A stretch of 64,000 nucleotides of DNA from assembly GCA_963714975.1 (NCBI GenBank), contig CAVQQD010000001.1:388136-452135 (forward strand). Direction: 5' to 3'. The stretch's first letter is position 1. Every line of letters begins with the position of its first letter. The DNA comes from an uncultured Gammaproteobacteria bacterium. Its GTDB lineage: Bacteria > Pseudomonadota > Gammaproteobacteria > JAURND01. Below are positions 1-10,250 of this stretch, one piece after another. The position numbers and the translations under genes were made by a program. The notes under the pieces were generated by a model. That model worked only from the letters and a program-made list of their open reading frames with translations, did no database searches and was not told where the DNA came from.

Positions 1-7
1 AAATATA

Positions 8-2062
8 ATGCCTCTTCAAGCATCACAATATCAATTAAAGTCACCCAAACCCCACCACCAGCTAGAAGATTGCATTTCTAGGGCGCCAGGTCTTCTTGCT
101 TTTGCCAGGTTACCGTCCGAATCTCAAAAAACTATCATGCGGCTGGCGGTAGCTAGTCTTGAGCAAATCGTGCTGAACAAATTTGGAGATGGGTCAACCT
201 TAAATCGGGTCAATATTTTTACCACCAAAAATGCAAATGGTGAAAAAGTTGTTGGAATAGCTGGCTGTACTGTAGGAGACAGCCCCCTGATCCTCGTTGA
301 AGAGAGAGAAGGCAAAACTAATAGAGAATATAAAACTAATAAATATTTAAGAGCTACATATTTAACTGACTCACATAATCTTGGTCGCGAAAAAATGCGA
401 GAGATATTTAAAAAGCCCTTAGTTTTTAAAGGCTTAGCTTCTAAAGACGTATTTAGAAAATTAACTCGCGAAAGGAGTCATTGGCGTCATTCTATCTTTG
501 AGGATATCAAGAAGGATCACAAGGGGGGGCTACAGGGAGTTCTTCAATCAGGGATTGCTTTGGGGCGCTCAATAAATGACCCCATTCACAAACAGGATTC
601 TGATTATACCTCAGAACCCGAAACCGTTACGCAAGAAATCAAGGGGCCCGCTAAGATTATATTACTCAGTGATGGAGCGCTTCGTGGCCGTAATAATGAT
701 CGTTATGAAGCGGGTAGGCCATATATTCCAGGGTTTGAGTTTAGCGAACTTAGTGCAGTAAACATAGTGCGGGATGCCCAAAATTTAAAGTCACAGGATG
801 ATATTTCTGCTATTGTTATCGATATTCCAGCAGATTTGCAGGAAGGGGAAGAGTTCTGTGACATCTATGGGGTAGACGATGGACATGGTGGCAAGCAGAC
901 CGCTGAATTTTGTAGCCAATATTATTACCCTATCCAACATTTTTGGACCCTGATCTACCAGGCTTACCATGAGGCGGCCAACGCTAGCTTGGCGGAGCTC
1001 CAGGAGAGCAAAGGGCTCAAGGAGTTCGAATCCCACTTACCAACGATCCAACGAAAATTGATTGAAGTTTTTGCTGAATTGCACCAACAAACTCCGCATA
1101 TTAGTGTAGCCAGTTTATTGCTGCACCCTAAGATGACCCAGTGTCTAAAACAGATCAATGAAAAACTCGATATAGAACAAACCCTAATCAATACAGTCCC
1201 GCACTGGGAAGCCTTATTTGCAACGCCTGCTGAGGCATATGCCTGTATTTTGCAGCGACCTAAAATATTAGCGGGATTAAAGGGCAAAACCATTAACATT
1301 GCTCAAGCGAATGGTTTAAGTTTTTTTACAGAGAAATTCTTAGCCTACCTTCACAGCCACCAATATCCCCCCCTGGAAGAAAAAGCAACCGCGGATGGTT
1401 TGGCCAATCAGCAGATTACTGATGTATTCCGATATTTACTTGAACAGGTGCAAGTTTCACAATCCACGCTGCCAGAACGCCTAAAAGGTTACGAGGAAGT
1501 ATTCAATCTTGCTAAGATGTTTTTCGGTCTTTTTGGCCATAAATATTCTGCGCAAGATGTACGAAAATATGTAAAGAATTTTGCGCTAAATGATTTTTTA
1601 CAGTCCCCTGCAATGCTTGCTAATGCAGTTGTAGCTCGTTCCTCGCGTTTATTTAATTTCCACCGCAAAAGTAGTTTTTGGAGCAATGCAACCTATTCCG
1701 TTAATGCAATTAATGAGGAATTACAAGTTAATAAGATCAGAGGCGGCCTATTATCCAATGGGACTAAAAGCCTGCTGGTTTTAGGAATATTAAGCGGGAG
1801 TTTTGCTGGGTTCCTACATTACAAAGATGGGGATTTCTTCAATCTGCTACCCCAGCCCCAGAACTCGGCTTTGCCTAAGGACCTAGAAATTGGCGCGTTT
1901 GCTATTGCTGGAGTTTTCATCGCCTGTGTCGTGATCAGACAATGCTTGGCCTATAGGGCTGAGAAAGAGTTAAAACAGAAATTGGTAAATTTGCCCGAGT
2001 ATAAAGGAGCAACTGTCGAAACAATAGATCAACAGCTGCAGCAGCTGATACACTCGAACTAG
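8..2062 (+). CDS. Effector-like PP2C/PPM phosphatase with permuted motif order and two C-terminal TM helices
   Basis: Motifs ED(20-21), GST(62-64), VGDS(89-92), RSIND(187-191), SDG(221-223), DDIS(264-267), then DGHGG(291-295); hydrophobic LLVLGILSGSFAGFL and IGAFAIAGVFIACVVI near the C-terminus. Confidence 0.8.
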   Translation: MPLQASQYQLKSPKPHHQLEDCISRAPGLLAFARLPSESQKTIMRLAVASLEQIVLNKFGDGSTLNRVNIFTTKNANGEKVVGIAGCTVGDSPLILVEEREGKTNREYKTNKYLRATYLTDSHNLGREKMREIFKKPLVFKGLASKDVFRKLTRERSHWRHSIFEDIKKDHKGGLQGVLQSGIALGRSINDPIHKQDSDYTSEPETVTQEIKGPAKIILLSDGALRGRNNDRYEAGRPYIPGFEFSELSAVNIVRDAQNLKSQDDISAIVIDIPADLQEGEEFCDIYGVDDGHGGKQTAEFCSQYYYPIQHFWTLIYQAYHEAANASLAELQESKGLKEFESHLPTIQRKLIEVFAELHQQTPHISVASLLLHPKMTQCLKQINEKLDIEQTLINTVPHWEALFATPAEAYACILQRPKILAGLKGKTINIAQANGLSFFTEKFLAYLHSHQYPPLEEKATADGLANQQITDVFRYLLEQVQVSQSTLPERLKGYEEVFNLAKMFFGLFGHKYSAQDVRKYVKNFALNDFLQSPAMLANAVVARSSRLFNFHRKSSFWSNATYSVNAINEELQVNKIRGGLLSNGTKSLLVLGILSGSFAGFLHYKDGDFFNLLPQPQNSALPKDLEIGAFAIAGVFIACVVIRQCLAYRAEKELKQKLVNLPEYKGATVETIDQQLQQLIHSN

Positions 2063-2155
2063 AATCCCCTCTCCCTCAGGCTATCCGATGCGCACTACGG
2101 TATTGGCAGATTTTCTTCTGTGCTACATTCCTCTTAAGTATGAGAGGAAAAATGC

Positions 2156-5100
2156 ATGTCACTCGAAAAAATCACCCGCAGAATACAAACTTTAGAGACG
2201 ACGGTCGAGCAGTTCGCAGATAGTTACCGCACGCAAGCTTGTCCATTCGGAATTAAAAATCCTAGCTTCAATGCGGCAAAAATTTATTTTGGTTATTTTT
2301 CGCCTACTAGTCATGCAAAGCTCTACCTCTCCCACCTCTGGAATCTCTGTGGCTTGCCAGCCTTTAAATTTAATGCCCTCAGTCTAGATGAATTTCAAAC
2401 CTCAACCCGACTCATCCTGCAAGGATTACGCAAAAAATGCGCACAACTGCAGAATTCGCTCAATGAATTTAAACAGGAACTGGCACAACCACTTAGACAA
2501 CAACTCATCATCCTCGAGCAAAGATTTGTCGACGCTGCCGAGGATTGGATTAATCGCTTAGATATAGGAAAAAAACATTTAAATATCTGGATGCTATCTG
2601 AAAAAAATCTCGATCTTAATTTGCATCACCCGGAAATTTTTATTGATAAAACCCAGCGCAGACTTGCAGAAGATAAAAAATCACCACCACCACCACAATC
2701 TACGAAGATCGAAAAAAAATTGCGCAAAAAGATCGTAAAGACGAAATTGGCTTTTATCGAGCCAGGGGTAGAAAAAAATGTCTGGCTAAAAAAAATCTCT
2801 GCTTATGCACGTAGTTCCAGTCAACTTTGCTTCCTTGGAACGATTATACCGATTATGTTGCAAATATTAGTCTACGTCGACTACTATCACTTTATCACAA
2901 CATCCGCACACTTATTTTGGTGGCTTAGTATCAGCACTTTCCTGTTGGCTGGTTTATTTCTCATCCTACAACGTTATCTTGAGAAACACCTGAAAATATT
3001 ATCTACCCCCACTCTTGACGCCGATTTAACTGTCGAGCAATTTACGCAGCATTCTCAGCTGCAACCTACCGTGAGAGGGTGTCTCTCCGTCGTCCCGAGG
3101 AGCTTGCGACGAGGGATCTCATGCCAGTTGCAGGAGATCCCTCGCTCCGCTCGGGATGACGAAGTGACCTCAGATCAAGCAATTTCCGGTGAGCTTGCAT
3201 TAGAAAGCAAAAATACGGCCATCCCAGAGGATCCTATTATAATAATAATAGACGAGGTATCCCAAGGAACCCAAGTACCCCTCTCTGAACAAGCGGCTCC
3301 TGCAGAAAAGCTTCTACTTAATGACGAAGCAAAAATTATAAGTACTGACACTGGCTCGACTGCTGACTTACCGCGTCCAATAAAAAATGATCTCAAAGCG
3401 CTAAAAAAATACCTGGATGCAAACGTTGCAAATACCCATAAGATAATCATTGATTTATTAGCGAACAGCAATGCGCAATCTGAAGCATTAGCCTTAAAAC
3501 ATTTTGAGTCTATGTTGGCATTGCATAGGCAATTTTATCAGCAAATTAACAAATTGTTAGCAGGTTATCCAAAAACATTTGCGTGCACTTGGAAACAATA
3601 TAATTGGCAAATCTCCAAAAAAACGACTGGTTTATTTAGGCAGTTGTGTGAAGACGGAAATATTTCAATCTTTAATCTTATTTCCCCCGTAACTAAGATG
3701 AATCGAACCTACCGCAGCACAAATCCTCGGTTTCGCATCGAGACTTTTGCCCCGCCATACGAAAAGTACATGAGCATCGTAGCAACTTCTATTATCGGGT
3801 ACATCAAGATTCTCATTCGCAATCAATCTGACTATATTATTAAACAATGGTTAGTGCGCCTGACTAAAAGATTGCTAGATTGTGATCATTATCGAATGCT
3901 GGGATTCCCAGAACCAACTGGATTATTACATGTTGCGTTAGAAGCCGCTGCATCAAACCATCTCGCCTTCAATAAAAAAAACTACCAACACTTTTCTAAC
4001 TTGATCAATACTCTATTAGAAATAAAACCCACGCAACGTATCTCTGATAAATTGAGCTTAACTGTACTCAATTCACAAGGACAATCTATTCTACATTTTA
4101 TTACCTCAAGTAATTATTTTAAGCAACATACCTACTATCGATGTCAGCATTCTAACTGCAATAAACTTATTTTAGATGGGATATTTTCTTATGCACGCCA
4201 ACATCTCTCCCTCGAAAGTCGTGCTGAATTTATTATGGCAAAATTTCAAGGGTACACTCCACTGTATCTAGCCTTAATAAACTCACATTACGAGTACGCT
4301 AAATGCATTTTGCTTGAAATAAACCAACTTCGTATAGCCACAGGACAACTCAAGCTGCCTACTGGAAAAGTAAGTATCTGTGATGAAGCTGTGGCCTACA
4401 TAAAAGAGCATGAAGATTTCCTTCCTAAAGATTTGTTGACTTTGGTTCAGGAAAACCCTGATTACTTGCCATCGCGAAAAAAGAAAGTAAAACGCAGTCG
4501 AAGAACATCAGCGTCGTCCTTGCAGGATGCCAGAATCCAGGGGGGGCGGCCCCCTCTCCCCCGCCCGAGCGCCAGCGAGGGAAGGTGGGAGAGGGTTGGG
4601 GAGAGGGGGGGCTCTCTAGATCCTGGCAGCCAAGACACAACGCCGTGGTCAGTGGACTCGCCCAAGGAGAGCTCTTATGACATAGCGTCTCAAGCACAAC
4701 CCATTCAATTGATGGTCATTAATTTCGTCAGTAGCTGTTTCCAGGCTTTTTCCTCAATAACTGCCCGACCTGAAACGACAATTGGCTCAGAATCCAAGGC
4801 CCCAATTTCCAGCAAACTCTCCCTAACTCAGCATCCCGTTGCGAAGTTTGTAGAGAAGTGGATGCAACAACTAGGAATTGAGCATGATTCAGCTGCTCAA
4901 GGCTATTTAAAAGAGCAAGCTGCGCAGGCTTTGTCGCATTATCCACAAGATACTGATATTGAAATCCTAAGCGAAGAAATATTATTAACCAGTTATTGCG
5001 ATCCTGCGGATTACAGTATTAGCCTTACTAAAGTAATAGCTGAAGCTATGCGCGAAGAATTATCTCCGATCCTGCGAGAATTGCTTCCTGCAGCAGCTGC

Positions 5101-5566
5101 CACCTCAACTAGCATGGCAAAATTAATTGCCGAGACTTGTCAGGAAGTAATCCAGAATACTCAAGTCTCCCAACTGATTAGGAACGAACACTTTAACTCC
5201 TCTCGATTTATGCCCCAGGTCAAAGCAATTCTTATTCCTTTATTGGCTACAAAATTAAGCCAAAAAATAATAAATAAAAACGCGAAATCTGATTTTTTCC
5301 GGGAAAAATCTGTGAAAAATTCGACAGATTTTGCTCCATTACGATTAAGTAAAGAGCTGTTCATGGTCCATCTAGAAAAGTGTCTTACTTCCCAGGATTT
5401 TTTAATTCGATTAGATTCTGAATTCGAGACCTATTTACAAACTAGGTCGGAAGCCATCCGTATTTTTTCCACGGCTATACATAAAGCTGCTTTTAGCAAA
5501 GACACAGTAAAACACTGTCTTTTAGCGGCCAGGGAGAATACCATTCCTCTCTTCCTTGCCCTATAA
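2156..5566 (+). CDS. Large effector-like protein with a TM pair, degenerate ankyrin-like repeats and in-frame palindromic insertions
   Basis: 1136-aa ORF with SD GAGGA; hydrophobic segments near aa 225-270; GQSILHFI and GYTPLYLALIN ankyrin-like motifs. Confidence 0.7.
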   Translation: MSLEKITRRIQTLETTVEQFADSYRTQACPFGIKNPSFNAAKIYFGYFSPTSHAKLYLSHLWNLCGLPAFKFNALSLDEFQTSTRLILQGLRKKCAQLQNSLNEFKQELAQPLRQQLIILEQRFVDAAEDWINRLDIGKKHLNIWMLSEKNLDLNLHHPEIFIDKTQRRLAEDKKSPPPPQSTKIEKKLRKKIVKTKLAFIEPGVEKNVWLKKISAYARSSSQLCFLGTIIPIMLQILVYVDYYHFITTSAHLFWWLSISTFLLAGLFLILQRYLEKHLKILSTPTLDADLTVEQFTQHSQLQPTVRGCLSVVPRSLRRGISCQLQEIPRSARDDEVTSDQAISGELALESKNTAIPEDPIIIIIDEVSQGTQVPLSEQAAPAEKLLLNDEAKIISTDTGSTADLPRPIKNDLKALKKYLDANVANTHKIIIDLLANSNAQSEALALKHFESMLALHRQFYQQINKLLAGYPKTFACTWKQYNWQISKKTTGLFRQLCEDGNISIFNLISPVTKMNRTYRSTNPRFRIETFAPPYEKYMSIVATSIIGYIKILIRNQSDYIIKQWLVRLTKRLLDCDHYRMLGFPEPTGLLHVALEAAASNHLAFNKKNYQHFSNLINTLLEIKPTQRISDKLSLTVLNSQGQSILHFITSSNYFKQHTYYRCQHSNCNKLILDGIFSYARQHLSLESRAEFIMAKFQGYTPLYLALINSHYEYAKCILLEINQLRIATGQLKLPTGKVSICDEAVAYIKEHEDFLPKDLLTLVQENPDYLPSRKKKVKRSRRTSASSLQDARIQGGRPPLPRPSASEGRWERVGERGGSLDPGSQDTTPWSVDSPKESSYDIASQAQPIQLMVINFVSSCFQAFSSITARPETTIGSESKAPISSKLSLTQHPVAKFVEKWMQQLGIEHDSAAQGYLKEQAAQALSHYPQDTDIEILSEEILLTSYCDPADYSISLTKVIAEAMREELSPILRELLPAAAATSTSMAKLIAETCQEVIQNTQVSQLIRNEHFNSSRFMPQVKAILIPLLATKLSQKIINKNAKSDFFREKSVKNSTDFAPLRLSKELFMVHLEKCLTSQDFLIRLDSEFETYLQTRSEAIRIFSTAIHKAAFSKDTVKHCLLAARENTIPLFLAL
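3088..3161. repeat. CGTC-type palindromic element inside the CDS (encodes VVPRSLRRGIS...EIPRSARDD)
   Basis: Inverted arms CGTCGTCCCGAG...CGAGGGATCTC and GAGATCCCTCG...CTCGGGATGACG; GC-rich in an AT-rich gene. Confidence 0.85.
4511..4643. repeat. Nested palindromes inside the CDS: CGTC-type element interrupted by a CCCTCTCCC-type element (4550-4611)
   Basis: Outer arms GCGTCGTCCTTG..TGCCAGAATCCAG and CTAGATCCTGGCA..CAAGACACAACGC; inner element matches the copies at 22928-22986 and 62289-62346. Confidence 0.75.
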
Positions 5567-5629
5567 AAGGGTTGTCTTCGTGCTATCATTATGATATCTT
5601 TCCTGGCAAATCAGACTTCGGGGAAAATT

Positions 5630-5860
5630 ATGGCACAATTACTTATTCGGGATTTAGATGTAGACCTTATAAAACGCTTAAAACAGCAAGCAAAACAACA
5701 CCGCCGCTCATTGCAAGGAGAACTAAAATTTATTGTTGAGAATGCTACAAAAATGTCTATGGAGGAAGCCTATCATTGTAGCGAAATGTGGCATAAACGC
5801 TTAAGTAGCCGGAAGTTTAGTGATAGCACTAAGCTACTTAGAAAGGATCGAGAACGTTGA
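5630..5860 (+). CDS. FitA-like ribbon-helix-helix antitoxin
   Basis: MAQLLIRDLD...LKQQAKQHRRSLQGEL; overlaps the PIN toxin start; upstream TGCTATCA-tta-TGATATCT imperfect palindrome (5581-5599). Confidence 0.8.
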   Translation: MAQLLIRDLDVDLIKRLKQQAKQHRRSLQGELKFIVENATKMSMEEAYHCSEMWHKRLSSRKFSDSTKLLRKDRER

Positions 5861-6282
5861 TCAGAGAAAAAATAGTGGTAGATGCCAGTGTTGCCATTAA
5901 ATGGTTTATTCCTGAAGTTCATTCGCTTCATGCCGCACGCTTGTTCAAGAAATCAGCAAAATTATTAGCCCCAGACTTGATTATGGCCGAAGTTGGCAAT
6001 ATTTTATGGAAAAAATGCCGATTAAAAGCGCTAGAAATAAATGAGGCCACTGAAATTCTTAATAGTTTTCAAAGGATGCCGCTTGATATCTATGAAACGA
6101 AACAATTGCTTAATACGGCATGGGCAATTGCAACACAGCATCAGCGCACCCTCTACGACAGCTTATATTTAGCATTAGCTGAAACAACAGGCTGTCCACT
6201 AATCACCGCCGATCGTGCTTTTTTTAATGCCTTACAAAATTCTCATTTAGCCCCATTAATGATTTGGGTAGAGCAAATTTAA
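5857..6282 (+). CDS. vapC: VapC/FitB PIN-domain toxin
   Basis: VVDASVAIKW, EVGN, YDSLYLALA and LITAD PIN motifs. Confidence 0.9.
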   Translation: MIREKIVVDASVAIKWFIPEVHSLHAARLFKKSAKLLAPDLIMAEVGNILWKKCRLKALEINEATEILNSFQRMPLDIYETKQLLNTAWAIATQHQRTLYDSLYLALAETTGCPLITADRAFFNALQNSHLAPLMIWVEQI

Positions 6283-6358
6283 TATGCAGATTGCCTGGCA
6301 CTACTGTATTGTTGAGTCAAAAGCATTTTGGTTCTATGAAGTTTTGAGTGGGTAATAT

Positions 6359-6414
6359 ATCCTTCTCCCCTTGTGGGGGAATTATTCAACAACGCCCCCA
6401 CAAGGGGAGAAGGA
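6359..6414. repeat. CCTTCTCCC-family REP-like hairpin
   Basis: TCCTTCTCCCCTTGTGGGGG...CCCCCACAAGGGGAGAAGGA inverted arms. Confidence 0.85.
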
Positions 6415-6420
6415 AAAAAA

Positions 6421-6527
6421 CCCAACAAGCATTAGCACGCAAACTTGTGAGGCAAGGTATGACGTTAGAAGAAATTGCTACACTGCTAGATTTATCACTC
6501 GATGAGCTTAGCGAGTTAACAAAATAG
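6421..6527 (+). pseudogene. C-terminal remnant resembling an Rpn/YhgA-like (PD-(D/E)XK) protein
   Basis: Reads QQALARKLVRQGMTLEEIATLLDLSLDELSELTK*, resembling the Rpn C-terminal helical tail; no N-terminal domain. Confidence 0.5.
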
Positions 6528-6537
6528 AGTAATGTGC

Positions 6538-7617
6538 CTAACTACGCTGCACTATTTCACTCATATGAAACAGCTTGGCATTAGCAGCTCCGCCCAAATC
6601 AGCTAAAACCGCCTTCTCTACCCCGGTAATAAAAACTTGGGCAGCCATTTCATGTAAAACTTCCGCTACCCGCTGACGATTTATACTGTCCAATTCCGCA
6701 GGTAAATCATCTAGTAGATAAATACATTGCTTATTGGTTTCCGTACCCAACAAAATTCCTTGCGCTAAACGCATCGCGTAAACCAACATTTTTTGCTGCC
6801 CGTGAGACAAAACCTCATGGGCAGGAATAGTTTTTGCCATTCGAACCAGTAAATCGGCACGTTGTGGTCCATATTGGGTGTAGCCAAGCTGCAGATCTCG
6901 CTGCAGGGATTCTGCAAGCACCTCAGCCAAGCTCACAACTTCGTTCCAGCCGGCTTTGTAAGTGATACTAAGCAAGTTTTCCCCGAAGAATCTTTCAACC
7001 AAGGAGTTAAAGATGGGAATAAATCTGGCCACATACTGCTTGCGCACTTGGCTCAAAACCATCGCCGTTTTCTCTAGTTCAGCATCCCACAACTGAATCA
7101 GCGCGGGAGAAGCGCGCATGCGCAATGCCGCATTACGTTGTTTTAAAATTCGAGCTGCCTGCTGCCAACAAGAAAAAAAATGTGGTTCCACGTGGAACGT
7201 ACCCCAGTCCATAAATTGCCGACGCAACTTGGGGCTCCCGGTGAGCAATAAACGACATTCTGTATTTAATAGTTGCAGTGGTAAAAGTTTGGTAATTTCC
7301 AGGACTGACCGAACATTTGCTTGATTAATTCGCATTCGGCTCTCGCCGTTACTATGGCGCTCTATCCCCACAGCAAATGAAGAACCTGCCTGTTCAATTC
7401 TCCCAAATACAGAAAAATGCTCTGCTTCTTGATTAATAATTCTTGCTGGCAGCCGGGTACGAAAAGAACGACCCAGACCTAGATAGTGAATTGCCTCCAA
7501 AAGACTGGTTTTGCCACTACCATTAGGTCCATAGATTAAATTAAACTGGGGAATAAAATCGGCTGTTACTTGCGCCAGATTGCGCAGATTATTGACAGCA
7601 AATGCAACTAAGCTCAT
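6538..7617 (-). CDS. recF: DNA replication/repair protein RecF
   Basis: GPNGSGKTS Walker A, GPQRADL, LSHGQQK, LLDDLPAELD; follows dnaN. Confidence 0.97.
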   Translation of the reverse strand: MSLVAFAVNNLRNLAQVTADFIPQFNLIYGPNGSGKTSLLEAIHYLGLGRSFRTRLPARIINQEAEHFSVFGRIEQAGSSFAVGIERHSNGESRMRINQANVRSVLEITKLLPLQLLNTECRLLLTGSPKLRRQFMDWGTFHVEPHFFSCWQQAARILKQRNAALRMRASPALIQLWDAELEKTAMVLSQVRKQYVARFIPIFNSLVERFFGENLLSITYKAGWNEVVSLAEVLAESLQRDLQLGYTQYGPQRADLLVRMAKTIPAHEVLSHGQQKMLVYAMRLAQGILLGTETNKQCIYLLDDLPAELDSINRQRVAEVLHEMAAQVFITGVEKAVLADLGGAANAKLFHMSEIVQRS

Positions 7618-8759
7618 AACTGCAGAGGCATGATTAAAAACAAGTGATCGTTACTTGATGAAACCTCGGTAACAAACATGCGGTTGATGGCATCTGTAAA
7701 GGTTAATTTGACTTCGGCGTCAGTTACTATGTTTAATACATCCAAAAGATAATTGACGTTAAAAGCAATTTCTACCAATTCTTGCTTATAATCTACCGCC
7801 ACAGTTTCTTCTGCTTCCTCCTGCTCGAGATTCCTCGATGCAATGCGCAAGGAATCCTCACTCAATTGAAAGCTCACCACTCGGCATTTATCACTGGATA
7901 AAATGGCCATCCGCAACAATGACTCTCTTAATAACTCACGGTTCATTAAAACCGTCTTACCAGTCTCGCGTGGGAATATGCGCTCATAATCAGGGAATCG
8001 ACTGTCAATTAATCTAGAAGTAAATACAAAATCTTTGCTAGATACCCGAAGATGATTTTGCCCCAAGATTACTGTCAGTTCTGACGCTTTATTACCTCCC
8101 AATAATCGCATTAACTCCAGAACCCCCTTGCGCGACACCACAACCTGCGCAGCAACTGCTGGGTCTACAGTGACGGCTTGATGATTCATTGCAAAACGAT
8201 GACCATCAGTAGTTACAGCAATTAATTTCCCTTGTTTAATTTCCAGCAGCATACCATTTAAATAATGACGGACATCTTGCTGCGCCATAGCAAAGTGCGT
8301 ACGCAACAGAAGATTATTGAATTCTTTTTGCCCAATAGCAAATTCCAACAATTCCTCACTTTCTTCAAAACGTGGGAATTCCTCCGCCGGCAATGTAGCC
8401 AAAACAAAACGACTGCACCCGGCACGGATAAGCAATCGCCCTGCGCCATCCTCTTGCAATTCTATTTGGGCTTGTGCGGGCAACACACGACAAATATCCA
8501 AGAGCTTGCGTCCAGAGACCGTAGTAGGTTTGGGTTGTGGGTGAGTAAGAGCTTGTGCCTGCGAAGCATCAGCTGTGTGGGTAAATTTTGCATTAGCGGC
8601 CAACTCTATTTCCAGGTCTGTTGCGGTCAAAGATAGCTCTTGATCCTCCACGGTCAAAAGCACATTGGCTAAGATACGTTTCGTTTGGCGTCGTTCCACC
8701 ACGCCTACTACTAATTGCAAAGGCTCTAACAATGCTTCACGTTGAATACTTAAGTGCAT
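7614..8759 (-). CDS. dnaN: DNA polymerase III beta clamp
   Basis: ATDLEIE, AQQDVRHYLNG, TDGHR, FPDYER, FNVNYLLD. Confidence 0.97.
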   Translation of the reverse strand: MHLSIQREALLEPLQLVVGVVERRQTKRILANVLLTVEDQELSLTATDLEIELAANAKFTHTADASQAQALTHPQPKPTTVSGRKLLDICRVLPAQAQIELQEDGAGRLLIRAGCSRFVLATLPAEEFPRFEESEELLEFAIGQKEFNNLLLRTHFAMAQQDVRHYLNGMLLEIKQGKLIAVTTDGHRFAMNHQAVTVDPAVAAQVVVSRKGVLELMRLLGGNKASELTVILGQNHLRVSSKDFVFTSRLIDSRFPDYERIFPRETGKTVLMNRELLRESLLRMAILSSDKCRVVSFQLSEDSLRIASRNLEQEEAEETVAVDYKQELVEIAFNVNYLLDVLNIVTDAEVKLTFTDAINRMFVTEVSSSNDHLFLIMPLQL

Positions 8760-8782
8760 CAGCTGTTCCTCTTTTAGGACCC

Positions 8783-10133
8783 TCAGGTCGATAAGATACG
8801 CAACAAATTAATATAGTCGACTTTTAAATCTAACTCTGCCTCAATTAAGTCTTTAATTTTGCGACAAGCATGCAAGACAGTCGTGTGATCGCGCCCGCCA
8901 AAGGCATCACCAATTTCCGGCAGACTATGATTGGTTAGTTCTTTAGCTAAAGCCATGGCCATTTGTCTTGCTCTGGCTAAAAAACGATTGCGTGCGTTTA
9001 GATAACAAATCAGCCATTTTAATTTTATAATATTCAGCCACAGTTTTCTGAATATTTTCAATAGATAACTAATTTATCTTGAACCGCCAATAAGTCTTTT
9101 AATGCTTCGCGAGCAAAATCTAAGGTAATCGGTTGCCGGTAAAATGGGCATTAGCAATAACTCGTTTTAAGGCGCCTTCTAATTCCCGCACATTCGATTG
9201 AATCCGTTTGGCAATAAAAAAAGCAACTTCATGAGGTAAATCAATATTCGATTGTTCAGCTTTACTCATTAAAATAGCCACTCGAGTTTCTAGTTCAGGG
9301 GGTTCAACAGCAACGGTTAATCCCCAACCAAAACGAGATTTCAATCGCTCTTCCACGCCATTGATTTCTTTAGGATAACGGTCGCAGGTCAAGAATAATT
9401 TGATGTTGCGCATCTAACAGAGCATTAAATGTATGAAAAAATTCTTCTTGTGAGCGATCTTTTCCGGCAAAAAATTGAATATCATCAATCAACAAAGCAT
9501 CTACTGAGCGATAATAGCGTTTAAATTCATTCATGGCATTTCGTTGCAATGCTTTGACCATATCAGCCACAAAACGCTCTGAATGCAAATAGAGAACTTG
9601 TGCGTTAGGTTTGTTTTGCAAAATATGATTGCCAATCGCATGCATTAAATGTGTTTTACCCAAGCCCACGCCACCATAAATAAACAAGGGATTATAAGCC
9701 GACCCTGGGTGTCTCAGCCACTTGGATGGCTGCGGCTCGAGCTAATTGATTGGATTTTCCTTCGACAAAAGTTTTCGAAATTAAATAATGGATTGGGCTT
9801 GTTAATCACCCCTAAACCAAATTTTGGTTTTAGCGGTCCGGCCATCAGAGGCATTCGCCGGTTTCTCTTGCTGAACAATGCTCGAGATGCTTCCTACGAG
9901 TAAGTGTACTATGCGGATCGCGCCTGCAGAAAGCTCGAGTACTTGGTCAAGGTAATTTGGTCTGCTAAGGAACGTTCACGAACGCGATCCATCACAAAAT
10001 GATTAGGCGCAAAAAGCAATAACTGATTGTGGTCAAATTCTATTTGTAATGGCCTTATCCAAATATTAAATTCTTCAGTGTTAATTGTGCTTAGCCGATC
10101 AATGCATTTTTGCCAAATAGATGTTAAATCCAC
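8783..10133 (-). CDS. dnaA: Replication initiator DnaA, split over several ORFs by apparent indel errors
   Basis: WIRPL; [11 protein letters not shown]; LLIDDIQF; SRFGWGL; [10 protein letters not shown]; [11 protein letters not shown] in consecutive fragments. Confidence 0.95.
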
Positions 10134-10192
10134 TCAATTATCCTCGGAAATTTGTTGGCTAATTCTGGTTGCCTGACTTATTACCACTATAG

Positions 10193-10201
10193 TTTTACAC
10201 A
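10193..10201 (+). promoter_or_regulatory. Single DnaA box upstream of dnaA
   Basis: TTTTACACA fits TTWTNCACA in the dnaA-pdxS intergenic gap. Confidence 0.45.
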
Positions 10202-10250
10202 CACTATGGCCGCTAAAATAGCGGCCTATTTCTGACGAGGTAAAAGTATT

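Noticed and set aside
10134-10250. oriC next to dnaA
   Set aside because: The gap is 117 bp with one consensus box and no box cluster or clear unwinding element.
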